53,329 nucleotides of DNA from Undibacterium sp. (lineage in GTDB: Bacteria; Pseudomonadota; Gammaproteobacteria; Burkholderiales; Burkholderiaceae_D), in assembly GCF_043770645.1 (NCBI RefSeq), contig NZ_JAYVHZ010000202.1. One strand, written 5' to 3'. Under the pieces are notes generated by a model. It had not been told where the DNA came from. It ran no database searches and saw only the letters and a list, made by a program, of their open reading frames with translations. The first letter of the stretch is position 1; every line of letters begins with the position of its first letter. This document shows, one piece after another, positions 47,488 through 53,329 of this stretch. Position numbers and translations under genes: made by a program.

Positions 47488-48024
47488 TTACGCTAAGTTG
47501 ACTTTCGGGAAGTCGACTTCTACGCGGCTAGCTTTGCCTAAAATATTCGTCAGAATATTCATGCCAACGTGAGTAATGATCTCGACGATATCGCCATCAG
47601 TGAAGCCAGCATTGCGGGCTTCGATTAATTCTGCTGTGGTGATTTCGCCTTTGTGTTCTGCTAAGGAACGCGCCAATTTCACGGCGATCGCGGCTTTTGC
47701 ATCTTGGCTGCTGCCAGCGCGGTTAGCCGTGATTTCATCATTGCTCAAGCCCGCTTTTTTGCCCAAGGCTGTGTGTGCTGAGAGGCAGTATTCGCAAGAG
47801 TTTTGCTGAGCCATAGCGAGGGCAATGCGTTCACGCGTCAATGGTTCCAAACTACCTTCATTCGCTACGCCGTATAAGCCGAGGAAGGATTTCAAAGCCA
47901 CTGGTGAGTTAGCAAAGATTTTCAAAAAATTCGGTACTACGCCCAATTGCGATTGGATCGCATCGAACAAAGCTTGTTGTTCTTGCGTGGCTGTTTCATT
48001 GGTGACGAGATTAATGCGGCTCAT
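47488..48024 (-). CDS. AhpD-like / carboxymuconolactone decarboxylase family peroxidase
   Basis: GVVPN, RERIALA..NSCEYCLSAH (ExxxxxxxxxxxCxxCxxxH) and VDFP. Confidence 0.92.
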   Translation of the reverse strand: MSRINLVTNETATQEQQALFDAIQSQLGVVPNFLKIFANSPVALKSFLGLYGVANEGSLEPLTRERIALAMAQQNSCEYCLSAHTALGKKAGLSNDEITANRAGSSQDAKAAIAVKLARSLAEHKGEITTAELIEARNAGFTDGDIVEIITHVGMNILTNILGKASRVEVDFPKVNLA

Positions 48025-48159
48025 GGTATTTCCTTTTCAATAAGTGAATGTCGATTTGGTTTGCATCGCCTTGATCCGGTATTTCTTGTCGGTGTTCAGC
48101 GAATGCACGCATTGTGCCTATAGTCATTGAAATGAAGAATACTCATGGATTACAATTGA

Positions 48160-48180
48160 TTATTGCGAAAATCGGAATAA
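48160..48180. promoter_or_regulatory. LysR-type binding site (T-N11-A dyad)
   Basis: Imperfect palindrome TTATTGCG-AAAAT-CGGAATAA in the divergent intergenic region. Confidence 0.6.
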
Positions 48181-48204
48181 TTGAGCGTAGCTCGGAGAGA
48201 ATCT

Positions 48205-49104
48205 ATGGATAGGTTTCATCAAATAGCGGTGTATGTCGCGGTGGCTGAGGAAGAAAGTTTTGCGGCAGGAGCCAGACGACTAGGCATGTCGCCACCCGCA
48301 GTCACACGTGCAGTGGCGGCATTGGAAGAGAGTCTGGGTGTGAAATTATTGAATCGGACGACCCGTTTTGTCAGGCCGACCGATGCTGGGCAGCGCTATC
48401 TGGATGATGCGCGCCAGATTCTCGCCAAGGTGCAAGAAGCCGATGAAGCGGCAGCCGGGATTAATGCCGATCCGCGTGGCCATTTGACCATCACCGCGCC
48501 GGTCTTGTTCGGCAAAATATTTGTCATGCCACATATCGTTGAATTCTTACAGCGCTATCCAGCGGTTGATGTGTCCGCCCTATTTTTAGATCGTGTCGTG
48601 AACATGATGGAAGAGGGCGTGGACGTCGGTGTACGTATCGGCGCGCTGCCGGATTCCAGCATGCGTGCGCTAAGGGTGGGCCAAGTGCGGCGAGTCTTGT
48701 GCGCGTCACCGGATTATTTGGCGCAATATGGTATTCCTCAAACACCCGAGGATTTGAAGCAGCATCATATCGTTGCCGCCGCGGGTGTGAGTCCTTCAGT
48801 CGAATGGAAATTTGGCGACAGTGATCACGCGGCTGCCATTCGTATCAAACCGCGTTTAACTGTCACCAGCAATGACGGTGCCATTGCTGCGGTGTTAAAG
48901 GGAGCCGGCATCACACGTTTGCTGTCCTACCAAGTGGCACGCGAATTGGAACAGGGCACTTTGAAGACGGTATTGAGTGAATATGAATCAGCACCGTTGC
49001 CTATCCATATTGTGCACAGAGAAGGGCGGGACGGCTCAGCTAAGGTGCGTAGCTTTGTTGACTTTATGGGGCAGGCATTGCGAGCGCATTCAGCGTTACG
49101 TTGA
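48205..49104 (+). CDS. LysR family transcriptional regulator (CrgA-like)
   Basis: SFAAGARRLGMSPPAVTRAVAALE..LGVKLLNRTTR HTH; GGAG RBS before ATG 48205. Confidence 0.95.
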   Translation: MDRFHQIAVYVAVAEEESFAAGARRLGMSPPAVTRAVAALEESLGVKLLNRTTRFVRPTDAGQRYLDDARQILAKVQEADEAAAGINADPRGHLTITAPVLFGKIFVMPHIVEFLQRYPAVDVSALFLDRVVNMMEEGVDVGVRIGALPDSSMRALRVGQVRRVLCASPDYLAQYGIPQTPEDLKQHHIVAAAGVSPSVEWKFGDSDHAAAIRIKPRLTVTSNDGAIAAVLKGAGITRLLSYQVARELEQGTLKTVLSEYESAPLPIHIVHREGRDGSAKVRSFVDFMGQALRAHSALR

Positions 49105-49171
49105 AAGCCTTGCCCTAGCCCCCACCGCTGTCTGGAATAATTTTCTTGACAGCGCTGCAAATTGATTTCAG

Positions 49172-49203
49172 CCCTTTCCCCTTCAAGGGGAAGCTTGGGA
49201 TGG
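49172..49203. repeat. REP-like hairpin between convergent genes
   Basis: TTCCCCTT-C-AAGGGGAA followed by TTGGGATGG; same layout as 13802-13843. Confidence 0.55.
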
Positions 49204-49210
49204 ATTACTT

Positions 49211-49966
49211 TCAATAACCCGTGCTGCTCGTTTTCACATTTTTCACCACATACACAAAGCGATCCGTTTTACCGCGCACACTAGGTTCAAAAACCAGATT
49301 GGTTCTCGGATCAGCAGGATTGCGTAACAAATCACTTTGCTTGACGATTTCAAAACCAAAACCGGTGAGTGAGGCCTTCACAAATTCTTCATCAATTCTA
49401 TGATTATCTTGGGTCTGCGCCAACTTGCTACCGAGTGGTGCAGAGTGGTCGATCACCAGCATCATGCCGTTGGGTTTGAGGGCTTTTTTGATTTGACCCA
49501 TCAAATCTTTGTCGTCAATTTTCCAGTTTGGTTTGACGTGATACATGTCGTGATAGCCCATCACGAAAAACACCGCATCCAGACTATTTTCTGCCAGACC
49601 TAGCTGATCTACTTCGCGGTCATAGCGCACCACATTTTTTAAAGAGCCATCGGCCAAACGTGCTTCTAAATCTTTGCCGACGAAAGGCAGGTAAGCCTTA
49701 TTATTGTGCAACAGGACTTTACCTGTGGCACCGACTTGCTGCGACAGGAGCTCGCTGAAATAGCCATTTCCACCCAAAAGATCCAACACCGTCATGCCTT
49801 CTTTGATCGGCATTAAGGCGATGGTTTCGAGTGGTTTACTGGTGACATCCCGCACTTTATCGGCACTCGAACGATGTGCTTGATTTAAGTCGATTTGTGC
49901 TGTTGCAATACTGCCGAAGCTGGCGAGGCTAAGCGCGATGAAACATTGCAGAACTGTTTTTTTCAT
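49211..49966 (-). CDS. Secreted class I SAM-dependent methyltransferase-like protein
   Basis: Signal peptide, VLDLLGGNGYFS, YHD, ALKPNG..VIDH, HRID and RGKTDRF. Confidence 0.88.
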   Translation of the reverse strand: MKKTVLQCFIALSLASFGSIATAQIDLNQAHRSSADKVRDVTSKPLETIALMPIKEGMTVLDLLGGNGYFSELLSQQVGATGKVLLHNNKAYLPFVGKDLEARLADGSLKNVVRYDREVDQLGLAENSLDAVFFVMGYHDMYHVKPNWKIDDKDLMGQIKKALKPNGMMLVIDHSAPLGSKLAQTQDNHRIDEEFVKASLTGFGFEIVKQSDLLRNPADPRTNLVFEPSVRGKTDRFVYVVKNVKTSSTGY

Positions 49967-50103
49967 AGCTATCTCTATTCTTAATTTTGAATTCATAAAA
50001 TTCTCGATCTTTTTATTAATTGCTGCTGGCTGCTGAGTTTAGTTCACTTTCGACTGCTGTCCAAATTTCATTAAAGCGAATTGATGCGAGCCGAGAGCTG
50101 CCT

Positions 50104-50559
50104 TCAAATCGCAAGTTCCATGACAATATTCGCTCTTGAATAGACCGGATGAGGGCCTTCAAAAACTGTTTGAAAACCAAATTTTTTATACAGATGAATG
50201 GCGGCCTCTAGCTTGGTGTTCGACACCAGATAGACCTTTTTTGCTTGTAGAGTTTTGAGTTTCGCCAAGCAGTGCTCCATCAATAAATTGCTATAGGCTT
50301 TACCATGATGAGCAGGCGAGACCGCCATCCTGGCGAGCTCATAGACACCATCACCGTTATTAAATAGGGCACATACACCGACCACTTCCTCGTCACTTAT
50401 CAAGGAAAATATATAGCCACCCTTGTCAATGACTTGATACGGGTCGGCTGCCAGCTCTCTATCGGTTTCCTCAAGTTGAAAATAATGACTGATCCATTCT
50501 TCATTAAGACGGATGAAATCTGTTAAGTGCTCTTTGGAGTTTTCTAGAATTTTGATCAT
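50104..50559 (-). CDS. GNAT N-acetyltransferase
   Basis: FIRLNEEWI, YELARMAV, HGKAYS and LVSNTKL..A.HLYKKFGF. Confidence 0.88.
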   Translation of the reverse strand: MIKILENSKEHLTDFIRLNEEWISHYFQLEETDRELAADPYQVIDKGGYIFSLISDEEVVGVCALFNNGDGVYELARMAVSPAHHGKAYSNLLMEHCLAKLKTLQAKKVYLVSNTKLEAAIHLYKKFGFQTVFEGPHPVYSRANIVMELAI

Positions 50560-50691
50560 GGTTTTAGTGTAGTAGGTGCGATTAGCGACAGCGTAATCGC
50601 ACGAATGGAAACAGATCGGTAGTATAAACAAAAGTTCAGATGCTTAAGATAATTATGGAAGTTGACGTGAATGCGGTTCTCACACTGCTCG

Positions 50692-51423
50692 TTACGGCAA
50701 TAGCCTGAACACCGCATAAACTCCTCTGAAAATTGGAAAAATCGTGAAAGCGATGACAGCGGCTCTCGCTAAATAAGTCCAATAGATGCGTGAAGTGTTT
50801 TTTGCTGACTGCCATACTAAGATAGCTGAAATGACGTGCAAGGTCGTTGGAATGGCTAAGACAATTGGCACAGCAATGAGACTTGCTACGCCATGCGACC
50901 CAAAGGAGCCTGCACTCACCAGTATCGTTACCAGTTCACTGAAGATGAATCCCAGAGCTAAGCTCAGTGTGACATATAGGCCCCAAAATATTTTCCACAG
51001 ATCAAGCCTTCCTGCTAGAGCCAGATCGACCATACTCTCGTCTATTGCATTGACTTCAGTTTGTGATGTGCTAGTGATTTGTCGATACAAAATAATCGTT
51101 ACCGACCCTAATAGCGCTGCCCAGATCAGCACAAACGATAATCCCCATGAGGCCAATAGGTCAGCACCGGTTCTGAGCTCGTGGGCAGCAGCGAGAAACG
51201 GTAGCAGAATTTGTTTGAGAACCTCGATATCATTGGTGTTGCTAATATCTGTAAGGACGTCAGGATTGATTGTTGCGGCGTGCGTCATGGATAGCACGCG
51301 GTAAATCACGAGCGAAATAAGTGCCGAGATGAATGCGCAAGCGCAAAGTGCAATTAAGAGTTGTGTAAGTCTTCGGATACGTAGCATTTTCTTAGACGTA
51401 ATGAGGTTTGATTGACCCGACAA
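50692..51423 (-). CDS. Membrane hypothetical protein
   Basis: About five TM segments; GRLDLWKIFW and WTYLAR motifs. Confidence 0.7.
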   Translation of the reverse strand: MSGQSNLITSKKMLRIRRLTQLLIALCACAFISALISLVIYRVLSMTHAATINPDVLTDISNTNDIEVLKQILLPFLAAAHELRTGADLLASWGLSFVLIWAALLGSVTIILYRQITSTSQTEVNAIDESMVDLALAGRLDLWKIFWGLYVTLSLALGFIFSELVTILVSAGSFGSHGVASLIAVPIVLAIPTTLHVISAILVWQSAKNTSRIYWTYLARAAVIAFTIFPIFRGVYAVFRLLP

Positions 51424-51758
51424 TAGACTATCACTAGATGAAAAACAAGTTGTTTTATCTGTCTATTGTCAGCACGACGCAGGCGCTATTGGTCGCTAAG
51501 CATTTAACCAGGTGCATCTGATCATCAATCTGCAGCCTAGCTTTTGACGAGACCTGGATCTTGGCACTTAAATTCAAAATGATGCCTTCGGTGACTTCAA
51601 TTAATAAGGGGAGAAAAATCCGACGTAGGTCTTTTATGATTGGTGTGTGTGGATGCTGATGTTTGAACATAAAAGCATCCACCGCAGCGCGGCTGTCGCT
51701 GGCTTATTGGTGTTTTGATCTACTTTTCTCTAATGGCATGCAATCGTTTTCCAAACAA

Positions 51759-53329
51759 TTATTCCAAACGCACCCGCAATACATGATTTCGATTCGCCAC
51801 ATTGCCCGCATAGTCAGCAGCATGTACGTGAATTAGGTAATCCCCAGCAGGTAAATCTTTGATCTGCCAAAACTTGATGATCGCGTGACCGTCATGAATT
51901 TCGTTGGTGATGTTGTATAAGAATTTGGTCGCGGCGCTGCCGTGTACGGTGATGCCACTGTTTTCGGCATACGCGACTTTGACCGCTTCTTCGTCGGCTG
52001 GTAGGTGGTTGAAGCGTATCGTCATTTTCGGTTTTTCGAAACCCGGTAGCGGTGTGCCATCGGCATTCAGGATCTGATAACCAAGTTCATACAAGCCCAA
52101 GCGACGACGCGCGATATTGCCATCGGCTTGATCGAAGGCATCGACGATGATGCTGACTTGTTCTAAGCTGCGTGACAGCGTTAATGGACCGCTGCTTTGC
52201 GGGACGACTGCCGGCGCTTTGTCTTTCTTCTTGCCCTTGGCTTTCGTCGCTGTAATGGCAGGTCTGCCCAAGATTTTGCCGTCTTGATCCGCGATGTCGA
52301 TACGATTAATTTGCGGAATGACGCTATCTTTGAAGCCGATAAATTGTAGCGACAGCGGATTGACTACATCGCCTTCGGGTGCGTAATTCAAATGGACGTG
52401 GTACATGCTATTGATCGTTCCTACCGCTTCGCCAACTTGAAAACGGGTGCCGCGTTTGACTCTGACTTGTTGGAGCTTGCCGCTGGCATCTTTGATTACG
52501 CTAAATTTTTGTGAATCAAGTACAGCTTCATTGAGCTTACGCCCCACTTTCATGTGGATGTACGAAAGCTTGCTGACTCGCATGCCCTCGTTGATGGTGC
52601 CAGCTGCCCAAGCGGGTACTGGTGAGCTGACTTTTTCATTCTTGATGGCGACCACAGCTTCGCCCATATTGGCTTGCATATCCACGCCACGATGAAAGTG
52701 ATGACGACTGTCGCCACCAGATTCGCCGCGGACTTCACCGATGGTGCCAACCACTTCATGGGGCTGATCTTGTGGTAGCAACGGCCACAGCGATGGTTGA
52801 ACGACTGGCGCGACAGGTTCGACAATGCGTAAGACTTGTGGCGACATGCTCAAGCCTTCTTTGGCATCTTTACGATGGACTTGATGTAAGCGATTCATGG
52901 CACTGTCGCTGACCAAGAGATTGCCATCTGGGTTGACGGCGATTGCCATCGGATTGCGCATGCGTGGACTGGTATCGTCACCGGGAATTATGTCGATATC
53001 GACGCCAGTGAGGCCACGGGTTTCGCCAGTGGGGGCAATTTGCAAGAGGCGTCCATGCGAGAGCTCGCTGACATAAATGTGATCATCATGCGTGATCGCT
53101 AAACCAGCTGGGCGGCGCAGTAGGGCTTCTCTATCCTTGGGTTCGCTGGCGATTAGAGTTGAGACTTCGCCTAAAGCATTGATCTTGCGAACGGCATTGT
53201 TGCGCGTGTCGGCGATGATGAGTTCGCCTTTGCTATTGATAGCGATGCTGCTAGGCGTATCAAATAAGGCTTCGGTACTTACGCCATCTTGATAACCGGG
53301 CGCTGCGCCACCGGCAATAGTTTGTACCG
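51759..53329 (-). CDS. NHL-repeat protein with an M23-like metallopeptidase region (5' end outside the window)
   Basis: The frame stays open from 53045 to the window edge (TIAGG..GYQDG..ALFDTPSSIAI..IADTRNNAVRKI). HRGVD (HxxxD) and HVH (HxH) motifs follow. Confidence 0.85.
   Translation of the reverse strand, partial: VQTIAGGAAPGYQDGVSTEALFDTPSSIAINSKGELIIADTRNNAVRKINALGEVSTLIASEPKDREALLRRPAGLAITHDDHIYVSELSHGRLLQIAPTGETRGLTGVDIDIIPGDDTSPRMRNPMAIAVNPDGNLLVSDSAMNRLHQVHRKDAKEGLSMSPQVLRIVEPVAPVVQPSLWPLLPQDQPHEVVGTIGEVRGESGGDSRHHFHRGVDMQANMGEAVVAIKNEKVSSPVPAWAAGTINEGMRVSKLSYIHMKVGRKLNEAVLDSQKFSVIKDASGKLQQVRVKRGTRFQVGEAVGTINSMYHVHLNYAPEGDVVNPLSLQFIGFKDSVIPQINRIDIADQDGKILGRPAITATKAKGKKKDKAPAVVPQSSGPLTLSRSLEQVSIIVDAFDQADGNIARRRLGLYELGYQILNADGTPLPGFEKPKMTIRFNHLPADEEAVKVAYAENSGITVHGSAATKFLYNITNEIHDGHAIIKFWQIKDLPAGDYLIHVHAADYAGNVANRNHVLRVRLE

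Noticed and set aside
51455-51682. 75-aa ORF
   Set aside because: No RBS or recognisable motif; treated as intergenic.

Overview
Chromosomal window from a moderate-GC Gram-negative bacterium; gene content suggests an Oxalobacteraceae betaproteobacterium such as Undibacterium (inference). It is mostly accessory DNA, with no rRNA, tRNA or CRISPR array seen. (1) 1-3262: an AT-rich small-peptide + CPBP/Abi protease module and an HDOD gene lie between 13-26 bp inverted ends. Those ends adjoin decayed C- and N-terminal remnants of a REP-associated (RAYT/Y1 HUH) transposase. (2) Ntn acylase, APC permease, substrate-binding protein, a 269-bp MITE, a GIN lipoprotein and a DUF1800/DUF1501 pair. (3) 15.6-19.1 kb: about six small co-oriented genes with integron-cassette architecture (complementary core sites, eroded attC stems) behind a near-consensus sigma70 promoter. 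No integrase is present in the window, so it resembles a degenerate CALIN; gene debris follows it. (4) An orphan MSHA minor-pilin/adhesin block (mshC-D-O-P-Q-like) bracketed by a 55-bp diverged direct repeat; its adhesin carries an insert resembling a phage coat-protein domain. (5) A GC-richer two-component island ending in a nonsense-interrupted kinase fused to DUF3144. (6) A LytS/LytTR pair with matching 21-bp-periodic repeats upstream of both an ABC transporter and a secreted hydrolase. (7) A LysR-divergent redox operon: AhpD, YHS, GrxC, DoxX and a PNPOx-reductase fusion. (8) A partial NHL-repeat/M23-like protein at the right edge. All family calls come from motif recognition by eye, not database searches.
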